From a virus, in the IMG/VR virus record IMGVR_UViG_3300034198_015460, positions 1 to 64,000 of that record: DNA of 64,000 nucleotides, one strand, 5' to 3'. Below, piece by piece: positions 45,387 to 56,343 of this stretch. The translations under genes were made by a program, and so were the position numbers. Every line of letters begins with the position of its first letter. The first letter of the stretch is position 1. Under the pieces are notes generated by a model. It ran no database searches. It was not told the origin of the DNA and saw only the letters and a program-made list of their open reading frames with translations.

Positions 45387-47192
45387 TTAAAAAGTTCCGC
45401 CATCAAGTATTCCCCAAGTCACAAGAGAATTGTTGACTTGGAGAACATAACCTTCAGTTCCTAATGAAAGTTTTGAAAGACCATTACTTGTATTACCAAC
45501 AAGTAAATCTTGTGAAGTAAATGTATTCCATCCTGTACCACCAGAAGTTCCAACAAGAGCAGTTGTAAGAGTCAAAGAATTGGCAGCTAATGCGGCAGTA
45601 ACAGATGAATTAGCATTGATTTGAATAGCAGTAGAATTCACAACAAATACGGAACTGTTATTGCCATATGGCATTAAGTATGCTTGTAGAGTAGCAGTTC
45701 CCGAATTTGCGCTAGTATCAATTGTGGACGATGTATTTGGATTTGTATTTGATCCAAATAACCAGAAGAATGGAGCAGAATTAGTTGATTTTGCTGCAAT
45801 TCTTGCAAGACCAGCATACCAAATAGCAGAAGAATTACCGGCAGGAGAATACCAACCAGCATCAACAACATCAGTTGTTGTATTATTAGAGGCTAATTCT
45901 ATGACATTATCTTTGATAATTAATGAAGTAACATTGACAGAAGTAAAAGTACCAGAAACAATTAAGTTTCCTGAAAGCGTTAGGTCTGTTAATGAAAGAA
46001 CAGAATTTACAAACGCACCAGATGTGTTTACTACAAGAGTATTATCACCATTTTTTACAGATATACCAGAAGAATTAGAAACTATACCGTTATTAGCTAG
46101 AACATTGATGCCAGAAGAATCAACTGAAATACCATTTGCTTGTTTAGCCCATATCCCAGTAGAATTTGCTACGATGCCGTTATTGGCAATTGCATAAAGA
46201 GTTCCAGTGCTAGTAATTGTACCACCACCAATACCATTTGATGTAGCAACGGAAGTTACTGTACCAGTGGAATCATTTTTCCAATATGGTGATCCAGTTG
46301 CACCATTTGAAGCTAGTATTTGACCGGCAGAACCAACTCCACCATTTGCTGATAACTGAATATTTGAAAGAGTTAATTGAGTAGAATTGGCAATAAAGTT
46401 TGTGCCAACTGTAATCGATGCAGCGTTAACTGTTCCTGTTGTATTAGCAACAAATATACCAGATGTATTGGCTATTACAGATGCACCAACAGTAATTAGT
46501 GCGGAATTAACTGATGATGAAAGATTCGCGGTAGAGCCAATTATATTTGCATATAACGTAGTAGTAGAAATTGTACCAGCATTAACTGTTGAAACACCAG
46601 CTGTGTTTTGAACAACAACCTGACCAGTTGTTTGTGTAGTTGAACTATTACCAACACTAATAGCACCTGTATTCGCAATAGTCACTGTTGGAGAAGTAGT
46701 TGTATTTCCAACCCAATAATATGCAGTGCTATTAATTACAGCGTTTGCAGCAATATTAATTGTTGAGGAAAATGTTATGGTATTTTGAAAGGTTTGTGTA
46801 TTAGTCCATGTGTACTGCGCCGCAGTATTTACACCAACAGAAGCAGATGAAACCCAATAAAGATTTGAAGAAGCACCACCAGAAGCTAGAAAATAACCAG
46901 CAGTGCCGGTACTACCATTAGCAGAAATTGTTTGCGTTGTTCCAACAAAGGCCAAATTCCCAATTTGAATTTGATTTATACCAGATGTTGAGTTGGCAAC
47001 AAGAGCCTGATTAGCAGTAAGAGTTCCTGGGCTTCTTACCCCACCAATTGGAACCACTGTTCCGCCATCTGTAGAACCAATAAAGAGAACACCAGAACCA
47101 CCTGTAGCATTAGAATATGCTAATTCCCCTGGATTAAGAGAAGCAGGTGATGCTGTAGCAGCGCTTCTTTTGATTTGAATTCTATTAGCCAT
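45387..47192 (-). CDS. Long tail fibre protein with Mtd_N-like N-terminus and DGGTF C-terminus
   Basis: IQIKRS...P..L..GELAYS, IKDN.IELA and terminal LDGGTF. Confidence 0.8.
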   Translation of the reverse strand: MANRIQIKRSAATASPASLNPGELAYSNATGGSGVLFIGSTDGGTVVPIGGVRSPGTLTANQALVANSTSGINQIQIGNLAFVGTTQTISANGSTGTAGYFLASGGASSNLYWVSSASVGVNTAAQYTWTNTQTFQNTITFSSTINIAANAVINSTAYYWVGNTTTSPTVTIANTGAISVGNSSTTQTTGQVVVQNTAGVSTVNAGTISTTTLYANIIGSTANLSSSVNSALITVGASVIANTSGIFVANTTGTVNAASITVGTNFIANSTQLTLSNIQLSANGGVGSAGQILASNGATGSPYWKNDSTGTVTSVATSNGIGGGTITSTGTLYAIANNGIVANSTGIWAKQANGISVDSSGINVLANNGIVSNSSGISVKNGDNTLVVNTSGAFVNSVLSLTDLTLSGNLIVSGTFTSVNVTSLIIKDNVIELASNNTTTDVVDAGWYSPAGNSSAIWYAGLARIAAKSTNSAPFFWLFGSNTNPNTSSTIDTSANSGTATLQAYLMPYGNNSSVFVVNSTAIQINANSSVTAALAANSLTLTTALVGTSGGTGWNTFTSQDLLVGNTSNGLSKLSLGTEGYVLQVNNSLVTWGILDGGTF

Positions 47193-47225
47193 TTAACTAT
47201 ATTGCCTTTTGTTTTTTTTATTTAG

Positions 47226-47498
47226 TTAAAAAGTTCCGCCATCAATATCACCATCAATATTAGAAAAATTCATTTTTTGAACAACATAGGTATCAGAAGA
47301 ACTGTCGTAAATTAGAGTAGCACCATTTGCTTCTGTAGTAGCATTAACATCTTGTAAACGATCTAGTCTTGTAGCACCACCAACAGTTAATGCAGGAGTT
47401 GGTTTGAGTGTTACTGGAGTTGTTGTGTCAATAAAACCAGCAGTAGCGTTAGTCGCTATATGTATTGTTCTTCTTCTTGCAACAACTACATTAGTCAT
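47226..47498 (-). CDS. Small fibre adaptor-like protein ending in DGGTF
   Basis: L..L.DV.....NG.TL.YD pattern and terminal IDGGTF. Confidence 0.7.
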   Translation of the reverse strand: MTNVVVARRRTIHIATNATAGFIDTTTPVTLKPTPALTVGGATRLDRLQDVNATTEANGATLIYDSSSDTYVVQKMNFSNIDGDIDGGTF

Positions 47499-47500
47499 TT

Positions 47501-47827
47501 TTATCTCGTGACTTGTGGGGTGACTGTTACAATACCTTCAACAATTCTAGAAGTAGTTGTACCATCATTTATCTCTACATCATATACATATCTACCTGAA
47601 GTTAAAGAGCCAGTTTGGTTGGCGCTTAAAGATAAAGTAACGGTTCCAGTGCTTACATTAATAGATGTAGTAAAATCTGTTGCATTAGAAGATGTATACC
47701 ATTTTCTAATTTGAGAATTAGCGGTATACCCACTTAAATTTAAAGAATCGCCGTTCTCATCAGTTAAAGATAAGTCAGTAGAAAATGTTGCACCTTGATC
47801 TATAACTAAATTAGCTTTAGTTGCCAT
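47501..47827 (-). CDS. Ig-like (BppU-N-like) virion protein
   Basis: ANL.IDQGATF, L.GYT..SQIRK, GRYVYDVE and R.VEG..TV.P.VT. Confidence 0.75.
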   Translation of the reverse strand: MATKANLVIDQGATFSTDLSLTDENGDSLNLSGYTANSQIRKWYTSSNATDFTTSINVSTGTVTLSLSANQTGSLTSGRYVYDVEINDGTTTSRIVEGIVTVTPQVTR

Positions 47828-48630
47828 TATACTATGACCCTAGCATATCTTAATGTGGTTGATGAAACAGAAGCAGGAGTGAATTGAACTGCGACGTTAC
47901 CAGAAGCAATTGTTGCTGAAAATGTACCAACAGAAGAAGATGGAATTATTGAACCATATTCTGTAACATATGCAGTTGATCCATCATGAACAACTAGAAG
48001 TTTTGTCAAATGATATGCAGAACTTGTATTTGCTTGGACCAAATACTCTGCACCAAGATATGTTGAAGTTGAAAAAGAATCTATATTTACTGTTGATGTA
48101 GAAGAAGTTGTGATAGTTCCATTTGATGCTGGATTATAAACAGTTGCAATTGTCGCCCAAGAACCATTAGCGTTTAAATAGTAATTTCCACCAGTCCATT
48201 GAGCTGATGTAGGTACAGTAAATGATATATTAGATGTGGAGTTACTAATAACTACACTAGAAGAATTTATAATAGCATTAGCAGTCGAACTGCCTATCTT
48301 TAGAGATGTATTAGTTATTAGCGTATTATTAATTTGTACAGAAGATGCATTAACAGTGACATTTCCAGACGAATTGCCAACTTTAATGTTTGTTAAATCG
48401 ATAGAAGTAGAACTTATTGTATTAGAAACAGTAACAGCCGTTGGAGAAACGGTTGAGTTGGCAGTCGAATTTCCAGAAGTAAAGGTACCCGATATGCCAG
48501 CATTACCAGTTGCTATATTGGAATTAACCGTAACAGCCTGAGTTGTCATTGCATATGCAAGTTCGTTTGTTCTAGTACGCCAATAATCAAATGTATTTGT
48601 ATTAGCGGTATTTGCTACTGTTACAGTCAT
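47827..48630 (-). CDS. Virion/fibre protein
   Basis: NTFDYWR..TN N-terminus and C-terminal AEYLVQ..H.TKL...HDG..Y.TEYG module. Confidence 0.7.
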   Translation of the reverse strand: MTVTVANTANTNTFDYWRTRTNELAYAMTTQAVTVNSNIATGNAGISGTFTSGNSTANSTVSPTAVTVSNTISSTSIDLTNIKVGNSSGNVTVNASSVQINNTLITNTSLKIGSSTANAIINSSSVVISNSTSNISFTVPTSAQWTGGNYYLNANGSWATIATVYNPASNGTITTSSTSTVNIDSFSTSTYLGAEYLVQANTSSAYHLTKLLVVHDGSTAYVTEYGSIIPSSSVGTFSATIASGNVAVQFTPASVSSTTLRYARVIV

Positions 48631-48809
48631 TTAAGTCTCTCTAAAATTAGGTGAAGCATTGATTTAATTTCCGAAACTTCTTCTTTTAAATTATCAAACT
48701 CTTTTTGTTTATTTTTTTGTAATTTATAAGCCTTCAAAGAAGCATTATCTGTGTTCAATACTGCACCTGGATTGTTTGAATCTCTCATAAAACCGTCATT
48801 ACTTTTCAT
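48627..48809 (-). CDS. Small conserved protein after the VrlC-like gene
   Basis: RD....AVLN.D...Y and L.EEV.EIK.ML pattern. Confidence 0.7.
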   Translation of the reverse strand: MKSNDGFMRDSNNPGAVLNTDNASLKAYKLQKNKQKEFDNLKEEVSEIKSMLHLILERLK

Positions 48810-48821
48810 ATATTTATTCCA

Positions 48822-51800
48822 TTAAATCTGCAAACAAATTGCTCTCACATCATTTAGTCTTGGAACTTTAGCGGCATTAGATGAAAGAAGAACAATCTTC
48901 AGAGCAACTTCTTTATAACCAATAAATCTAGAATTGGCACTGTTTCTATATTCAACAATACCGTCATTCCCCGGAGATGAAAACACATAGTAAATAGCGG
49001 CTGAATTTGAAGCAGTTAAGTCGCTCATACCTTTATCAACAGTCAAAGAAGTATCACTTGCAATATTTGTTATTGTTCTTATTGCTGTATAGTTAGAAGA
49101 AACTATTTTAATAGTGTCTCCGACAACAAAATTAGTTTTGAATGCTGTTCCAGTTCCAGTAATAGTTTGAGATGTATTGGCAATACTAATTGTTCCTGCC
49201 AAAGCATTATATGTGTCAACACCTGTATTTGCAAAAGCTCCCTGTGCAACAGAATTGCTTGAAGGCATATTAAATTCATATTCAATAAAATCATTCACAT
49301 CAGTTGGTGAGCTATATTTTGTATCACTATCGTTACTGTATTCCAGAACAGACCATACTTTATCATCAAATGATTCGGCGTCTTCTTCGTTTCTAAATTT
49401 AGCATAAACCTTAATATCAGTGTCGCCGGGTCTATATGCTGTCATATAAACTTTTAAGTCTTCTGCTTCTTGACCGTCAGCTAAAACCACTCTTTTACTA
49501 ATATATTTTGAATATGAATTACCATATTTTGTATGTTCATTTGTAACACTGTTATTAATAATATTTTGAATATACAAAGAAGCTTTTCTTGTCAAAGACA
49601 CAACAGGAGATACATAATCAGATTCAGTTGAAAGAGTAATCTGATATCTTGATGATTTTCCTGTTTGATTTGATTTACTAAGAACTCTTCTTTCTTTGTC
49701 TAAGAATTCATATTCATAACCATTAGTGACAGTAATATAACTGGCGTCGTCAATTAATGTTGCTGATGTTGAGGTTCCTTTATAACCAAAGGAAAGAGAT
49801 GTTCTTGCTGGTTGAAGAGAACCAAAATTTGGAGCAACAGCATGATATGTCAGATTATCAACTGTTTGAATTGTGCCATATGCAATCTTATTTGCATCAG
49901 TTAGCAATCCTGTATTAGTTGGATCAGAAACTCTGAATATAGCGAAATATGGATTAATTGCAGTTCCTGCTGTATTAGAAAAACCACCAGTAGAAGAATC
50001 TAGGTAAATTTTACCATTTACTTCATCAAAGAATTGAACTCTACCATAATAACTTGTATTTGCTGAATTTAGTGTTCCATTCGCATAAACATTTGCGCTA
50101 TAAAGCATATCACCAACTTCAATAGTAACTGAGCTATTTGCTTTATTGAGAGATGTTACACTTAGATAATCATCATTTTCATTTTCAAAAATAGCTGTTC
50201 CTGATGTTGATGAGAATTTAGCTCTATAGATATTGAATTTCAAATCTTCTTTTTGTATAGCTGTCCAAGTTTTTCTATTCGCTGAAATGAATAAAACACC
50301 AGAATAAGGATTTGAAAACACTTGTTCATTTGTAACAACATCAAATCCACCAGTTTCTCCAACCCAAACATTGTAATTAGGAGAATTGCCATCTGGTTGA
50401 ATAACAACAGCATAATCTGTGCTAGTTAACAAATATACAGGATAATCTAGTGTGAATACAGTCTCAGTAGCAGCAGTCGCGCTTGTATTAATAGAAGATG
50501 CTGCTAGATATGATTTACCAATTATTTTTGATGCATCAGGGAAACCATTATTCATTTCAACAATGAAAACAGAGCAACCAAGAGAACTGTCTTTTGATTG
50601 GAAATAAACACCAATTTGTTTGATGAATACACCAGAAATATCAGAAGGAAGATTTTCAATTCTAAATGATTGAGAAATTGGATCGTCAGGATTCCAAGCT
50701 GGTGCTGGTGGTGGAATTGTTCTGGTTTCTACGTAACTTTCATGTTTCACTGTTGGATTAGTGACATTTATAGATGTAGAGCCTTTAGTTACAGAAATAT
50801 TAGAAGCACTGTAAATAGCCAAGGCTTTTGTAGTTACTGCTGAAACACCAGTAGTTAAATTATCAACATTCACAAGTTGAAAATTTCTATCGCCAACTCT
50901 GAAAGAAGAAGCGGGAATTTTGAATACACCGCAAATAAATCCATTTGAATCAGAAACTAGTGCATCACCAAAGTTTCCTTTTTGTGTTACAATTGAATCT
51001 TCTTTACCAAATTCTGGATTTGTTGTTCCTGAAAGAATGCCAGGAGCACAATAAGCATCTACATTAGTATCGTCAAAGAAAGCATGAAGTGTAGTGTTTG
51101 GTTTTAAATTATATGCGACAAATGAAACCAATCTAGAACGCATATATGGTTGAACAGAAATATCTTGTACGTAACTACCTGTATCTATTTTTTGAGATAG
51201 CGTATCAAGAGAAATAGTTGTTACTGTTCTTTCTTGTGTAGATGAACTTGTTGTTGTTCTATTGCGATTTCTAATACTTGTTCCAGAGAATGGTTCAATA
51301 TTTCCATTTCTATCAACGTGTTGTGTTGTTGAACTTGGGCCAACTGTTCTCCATTCACCATAATTAGTGCCCCATGTAATATTTGAGAAGTCTTCCCATG
51401 GTGCAGACAAATCTAGATTTACGTTAATATTAGGAGTAACAGTTTCATCTTTAAAATAATCTTCTCTTGGATAAAGGTCAATTAGACCATTCCATTGCCA
51501 GACAGACTCGCATGCATTTCTGTATTTTGTTGCAAATCTTTGAGAAATGTATAATTCAGAACTATTGTTTAACATGACAACAGAACCATAATTATTAACA
51601 CCAGAAGATGTTGTATTAGAGAAAGTCAGATCAACATTGTGTTTTTTGAAATATGATCTTGCAACTGTTGCTATTGGATCAATGGCAATTTTATACTCAA
51701 AATCGGTAACATCACCCAAGTTATGAGAATTAAATGGATCAGCGAAAATGCCATTTTTAAATCTATTCAAACCATTGGCATCAGGAATTGTTAAATCTCT

Positions 51801-54782
51801 TGCTTGTTGTTCAAGAGTGTTTAACACTGTATAATATTCAACTCTCTTAATACGTTCTTCGAGAGCACCAATATCTTTCATAGTATAACGACGATTGGTT
51901 TTTAGATTAATTTTTGAAGAAATATCACGACGATTATATGCTTCTGCTTCTCTTTGTGTTATTGAAGGATAAGGAGGAACATAAATTTGTGCTATTGTGC
52001 TTTGGTCATTTTCAACAAAAGGAACTCTTGGATTTTGTGAAGGTTCACCTTTTTGAACGACAAAATTTCCTATAGAGCTTAGTGTTAATAGATCATATCT
52101 TGGAAGATAATATTCAAAATCAGCAGTGAAATTGCTATCTGGAGCAAACAAATGTTGACCATTAACATCAACAGTAAATGTATTTGTTGAGACTGGATTT
52201 ACTGTTGCGCTGGCAAATGTTGTTGTGCTAATAGCAGTATTTGATTTGATAAATCTTAAATCAATCGCATCTCTTAAATCGATACTGTTATAAGATGGTA
52301 TTTGAACAGTTTGAATGGCGGTTGTATTTGCTGTATTTGCATCATCGATTGGATATGAATTGACATTGAAATATCCTAGACCAGATGTTGTATTAGCTAC
52401 AAAATGATCTAATTCTACTAGAATATAAGAAGAAGAATTAATTTGAGAAGAATAATCTGGTTTTATATAAAGTTTTGCATGATCATAGTATTCATCTCTT
52501 TGGCCATTATCAAAAGTAAACCAATATGAACGCTCTGGATTTGATGTATTAGCAGCTGTACCGATATAAACATTTCTTATTTGAGCAACATCAGATAAAC
52601 CCAAATCCCAAGGACCAACACTTGTTGCTGAATTATTAGAGCAATAGATTGTAACAAAACGATTTTTTCTAATTTCTTTTTGTATTGGTGAAGTCACTGT
52701 TCTGTAAACTGGATAAGATGCATTCACAGTATTTGAAGCATCAAAAGTGTACCCAGTATTGAAAACAAATGAAGATGTAGTTGATATTTGAACATTTGAT
52801 ATCGGTAGTGAAGAACCTCCAGTAAAATATCTTTTAAAATTAGAAGATGTGTTTGTAGACCCAGGAACGGTATCAACAATCATTTGTGTATTTGTAGAAA
52901 TATTTGTAACACCAACGACCCAAGTATTTCCACCACCCATATCAATTCTTACAAGAGAACCAACGGCTAATTGTGTTTGGAATAATGTACTGGTGCCGAT
53001 AATTGTTGTATTACCAGAATTTACAGCAACAGTTCCAGTTAAATTTGCAGTGTATGTATTAGAAGCAACAAATACACTAAATCCATCTGTAGAAGAACCA
53101 GTTAAGGTTGATCCAGCAGAGTATGGTAATTGATTTGTGCCGCCTGTAGATGCATCAATTGTAATTGACACTGCACCAGCAGTTGTTAAAGAACCGCTTT
53201 TTATTTGATTGAAAGTAAAATTTGAATCAGAAATTGTTTCAATAGCAGTTATACCGGTGTCAAAAACAAGGGTTTTTGATGAATCTTTAAGAACTGCTTT
53301 ATCGTTTTCAAGAACAATATCTGCTCTAGCAGTGTCAGCAACAACTATACTTTTCACATTATCAGAAAAACTGTATCCTGAATTCATTCTGATATTGAAC
53401 AAATAAATTGCATATTGTGCTGTTGAAACACCCTTTGTTCCGCTGTAGAATTTTACAGCTTTTACATTTGCATAACCAATGGTTGTTCCCGCACCAGAAC
53501 CAGTAATACCTTCTTTTTCTGAAAATGAATTTTGTGCAGTATCTTTTAATAATACTTCGGCCAAAGATTCATAATCAAAAGAACCTAAGAATTCGTCGCA
53601 AATTACATAATTGCCATAATTAGCAGAAACAATTTGATTTTGGGCGTTTGATGTGGTAATAGCTCTTGAGGTTTCTACTTTAGACGTGCCAATTTTCTCA
53701 ATACGATTTCCTCTGACATATGCAATGCCAGGAGAAACTTCATAATAAAATGCTTGAGTGTTTGATTCGTGGGCAATTGTTTCAATTTGAAAAGGACGAA
53801 TAACATAATCGCCTGATTCTTCATATGTTCTGTTTGAAATTTGTTGATTTAATGCATTATATGCTGGATCATTTTGTTGTTGTGTTGGTTGATTATTATC
53901 AAATTCAACAATAGAAAAGAAATTTATATTATTAGCAGCATCTGTTCTTGTTTTTGATACAAGAGTTGGAGTAAGTTTTAATCTATCGGCGCCTGGAGCA
54001 TTCTCATTTGGATAACCAAGAGCATTATCGTTTAGAGATGAATCGATATTTTCGTTGACAATACTTTCCGTTGTATCAAATCCAACAACATAACCAGCAA
54101 CATTTGTGCTGAAATCTCTAACAGCAATTATTTGTGGTTCTACTTTTGTGAAGAATCCTTTTTGGTAAATAATACCATCAGAAACTCCTATGCAATAAGC
54201 ATATCCATTAGAAGTAAATGTTCCATTTGATGCAAGAGTTGATATAGAATCGGACAAATATGCAGAATTTAAAGAACCAAATTTATCTTGTGATGAATTA
54301 TAGAAATAAAGAGTGTCGCCAGGAGAGAATTCACTAATATCTGTATTTGATACAGAATTTGTACCAGTGGCAATATAATCAAAATAAATTCTGTTTGTGC
54401 TTGGAGCGTTTAATGCATTGCCGTCTTTTGCTATTTTAATAACCGCTCTTACAGCATTGTTGCTGTCTGTTGAATTGGTTATTAGGTAAGTGTTATCAAA
54501 ATCAGAGACAAAGGCATTTGTGTTTGTGTTGAAAGAATCTGCCAAACTGATATAGTGTGTATTTGGATAATATGTAATAGCCACACCATCAACAATCGAC
54601 CCATCTTTAAATATATGATCACCAAATCTCTGAATTTGGTTTTGAAGGATGGTTTGAGATTGTGTTAATTCTCTGGCTTGAACAGCTCTAGAAGGACGAA
54701 ATAAGACTCTATGAAATCTTTTTTCTTCGTCAAAATCATCGAAATATGGTGCAGTATTGAAATCTGTATTAAGAGAGGACAT
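48822..54782 (-). CDS. Large VrlC/DUF4815-like virion structural protein (1986 aa)
   Basis: N..PYFDDFD..K.F.RVLFRP..AVQARELTQ.QTILQNQ, RT..ESGDY, NRRYTMKDIG.LE.R and RFKNG.F.D.F. Confidence 0.88.
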   Translation of the reverse strand: MSSLNTDFNTAPYFDDFDEEKRFHRVLFRPSRAVQARELTQSQTILQNQIQRFGDHIFKDGSIVDGVAITYYPNTHYISLADSFNTNTNAFVSDFDNTYLITNSTDSNNAVRAVIKIAKDGNALNAPSTNRIYFDYIATGTNSVSNTDISEFSPGDTLYFYNSSQDKFGSLNSAYLSDSISTLASNGTFTSNGYAYCIGVSDGIIYQKGFFTKVEPQIIAVRDFSTNVAGYVVGFDTTESIVNENIDSSLNDNALGYPNENAPGADRLKLTPTLVSKTRTDAANNINFFSIVEFDNNQPTQQQNDPAYNALNQQISNRTYEESGDYVIRPFQIETIAHESNTQAFYYEVSPGIAYVRGNRIEKIGTSKVETSRAITTSNAQNQIVSANYGNYVICDEFLGSFDYESLAEVLLKDTAQNSFSEKEGITGSGAGTTIGYANVKAVKFYSGTKGVSTAQYAIYLFNIRMNSGYSFSDNVKSIVVADTARADIVLENDKAVLKDSSKTLVFDTGITAIETISDSNFTFNQIKSGSLTTAGAVSITIDASTGGTNQLPYSAGSTLTGSSTDGFSVFVASNTYTANLTGTVAVNSGNTTIIGTSTLFQTQLAVGSLVRIDMGGGNTWVVGVTNISTNTQMIVDTVPGSTNTSSNFKRYFTGGSSLPISNVQISTTSSFVFNTGYTFDASNTVNASYPVYRTVTSPIQKEIRKNRFVTIYCSNNSATSVGPWDLGLSDVAQIRNVYIGTAANTSNPERSYWFTFDNGQRDEYYDHAKLYIKPDYSSQINSSSYILVELDHFVANTTSGLGYFNVNSYPIDDANTANTTAIQTVQIPSYNSIDLRDAIDLRFIKSNTAISTTTFASATVNPVSTNTFTVDVNGQHLFAPDSNFTADFEYYLPRYDLLTLSSIGNFVVQKGEPSQNPRVPFVENDQSTIAQIYVPPYPSITQREAEAYNRRDISSKINLKTNRRYTMKDIGALEERIKRVEYYTVLNTLEQQARDLTIPDANGLNRFKNGIFADPFNSHNLGDVTDFEYKIAIDPIATVARSYFKKHNVDLTFSNTTSSGVNNYGSVVMLNNSSELYISQRFATKYRNACESVWQWNGLIDLYPREDYFKDETVTPNINVNLDLSAPWEDFSNITWGTNYGEWRTVGPSSTTQHVDRNGNIEPFSGTSIRNRNRTTTSSSTQERTVTTISLDTLSQKIDTGSYVQDISVQPYMRSRLVSFVAYNLKPNTTLHAFFDDTNVDAYCAPGILSGTTNPEFGKEDSIVTQKGNFGDALVSDSNGFICGVFKIPASSFRVGDRNFQLVNVDNLTTGVSAVTTKALAIYSASNISVTKGSTSINVTNPTVKHESYVETRTIPPPAPAWNPDDPISQSFRIENLPSDISGVFIKQIGVYFQSKDSSLGCSVFIVEMNNGFPDASKIIGKSYLAASSINTSATAATETVFTLDYPVYLLTSTDYAVVIQPDGNSPNYNVWVGETGGFDVVTNEQVFSNPYSGVLFISANRKTWTAIQKEDLKFNIYRAKFSSTSGTAIFENENDDYLSVTSLNKANSSVTIEVGDMLYSANVYANGTLNSANTSYYGRVQFFDEVNGKIYLDSSTGGFSNTAGTAINPYFAIFRVSDPTNTGLLTDANKIAYGTIQTVDNLTYHAVAPNFGSLQPARTSLSFGYKGTSTSATLIDDASYITVTNGYEYEFLDKERRVLSKSNQTGKSSRYQITLSTESDYVSPVVSLTRKASLYIQNIINNSVTNEHTKYGNSYSKYISKRVVLADGQEAEDLKVYMTAYRPGDTDIKVYAKFRNEEDAESFDDKVWSVLEYSNDSDTKYSSPTDVNDFIEYEFNMPSSNSVAQGAFANTGVDTYNALAGTISIANTSQTITGTGTAFKTNFVVGDTIKIVSSNYTAIRTITNIASDTSLTVDKGMSDLTASNSAAIYYVFSSPGNDGIVEYRNSANSRFIGYKEVALKIVLLSSNAAKVPRLNDVRAICLQI

Positions 54783-54794
54783 GTAGTTTCCCTA

Positions 54795-56342
54795 TTAAAC
54801 CTGAATAATAATTTTAAAAGACTCAGTTTGGGTGTTTGATCTTGTTACATTATTTATATTCTCATAATAAAGAGGAATAACATCTTTGGCATAAATGTTT
54901 CCAAGGCTGTTAATATTTATGGTTCCTATGGAAGAACCAGAGCTATTTGCAATATATTCACCATTACTGAAATTTTTATCTCCTGTTATTCGAAGAATTG
55001 TGCTATTAGAGAATACAACTGTTCCTTTTGCTCCACTGGTAACACCACTTAAACTCTCACCAACGCTGAAAACATAACCAGAAGATAGATTTGCTTCCAA
55101 GACTTGTTTAAATGTGTTTGAAGAATATCTAGAACCTTTTGTATTATTAGCGTTTAAAACATAAGGATTTTTAATTAGTCCTATTTTATTATAAACGGTG
55201 TTGGATGGTATGGTATTGCTTTCATCTTTACTAAAATAGAAACCTATTCCTAGACCCTTAATATTCAATTCAGAGACAGGTGAAGAACCATGACCACCTG
55301 GAGGTGGAACAATTGCATATAAATTTGCACCAGAACCATAACTTAAAGTAGCAATAGAAACATTTGCTCTGGAAATATTGGAACCAGAATCTAGAATAGT
55401 AATGCTTGAAATAGTATTTGTTGATGTGTTAACTACACTATATGCTATTGGAGAAGTGCCATCAGTATTAAAAACTACTCTTGGTGAAATTAAATACTGT
55501 GTGACGTTAACTGTAATATTGTCAGTATTGGCCGCCGAATCTAATGTCACCCATCTACCAGAAGAATTTGACGTATAAGAAGAAATATTTTTTAATTGAG
55601 ATGTACTTGGAGAACCAGTATTATAAATGTATATAGAATTATTATTATAGTAACCAAGAGTTTGTGGTTCTGATGAATCTATTTGTAACAATGTTGTATT
55701 TGATTTACTTTGTATTTTCAGACCAGATTGACTATATGTTTGGTATCCAGAACCACCATTAGCGACCACTACAACATCAATACCACTATAAGTTTTTGCA
55801 GTTGAAACAATTGTAGCATCAGGAAATACAGGGACATAATCATTTGTTGCAAATTTTGTATAAGTTGCAGCAGAAATTGATGTAATATATCTCCATTTGT
55901 AACTATCAGCAGTCTGAAATGTTATAGCAGATGATCCACCGGTTGCTGGATTTGTTGTCGAATTTGCGCCGTTGTTATTGTCTATACATTTATAGATATA
56001 ATGTTTTCCATCTGTGGGAGATGGTTCACATACAACGTAGAAATTATTGTTTGAATATAAAGTATTTGATGTATCAATGTAACGATCATATACGGTCCCA
56101 GAAGTCCAGACATTGTTTTCAATCATATATGCAAAATCACCGGGTTTTAATTTTTTACCAAAAATCATTTGCCAATCATTGGTGAAATTTGCACTATAAT
56201 CGTCATCAGTTGTTGTTGGAGGAGAACCAACATAAGCTATTGGATTTGAAGCAAAAGCATAATATTGAGAAGTATTTGCTGTTACTGCATCAATAATTTC
56301 ATCAATTAATACTTTTTTATAATTAGGTAAAACTTTTCCCAT
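54795..56342 (-). CDS. 8: Baseplate wedge gp8-like protein
   Basis: W.SGTVYD.Y, YKCIDNN, D.YKW.Y, F.T.DY.P, PP.GHG..P..EL and R...QTE..KI. Confidence 0.85.
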   Translation of the reverse strand: MGKVLPNYKKVLIDEIIDAVTANTSQYYAFASNPIAYVGSPPTTTDDDYSANFTNDWQMIFGKKLKPGDFAYMIENNVWTSGTVYDRYIDTSNTLYSNNNFYVVCEPSPTDGKHYIYKCIDNNNGANSTTNPATGGSSAITFQTADSYKWRYITSISAATYTKFATNDYVPVFPDATIVSTAKTYSGIDVVVVANGGSGYQTYSQSGLKIQSKSNTTLLQIDSSEPQTLGYYNNNSIYIYNTGSPSTSQLKNISSYTSNSSGRWVTLDSAANTDNITVNVTQYLISPRVVFNTDGTSPIAYSVVNTSTNTISSITILDSGSNISRANVSIATLSYGSGANLYAIVPPPGGHGSSPVSELNIKGLGIGFYFSKDESNTIPSNTVYNKIGLIKNPYVLNANNTKGSRYSSNTFKQVLEANLSSGYVFSVGESLSGVTSGAKGTVVFSNSTILRITGDKNFSNGEYIANSSGSSIGTININSLGNIYAKDVIPLYYENINNVTRSNTQTESFKIIIQV

Positions 56343-56343
56343 T

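Noticed and set aside
44340-47192. Diversity-generating retroelement suggested by Mtd_N-like domains
   Set aside because: No reverse transcriptase and no template/variable repeat pair differing at adenines were seen in the window.
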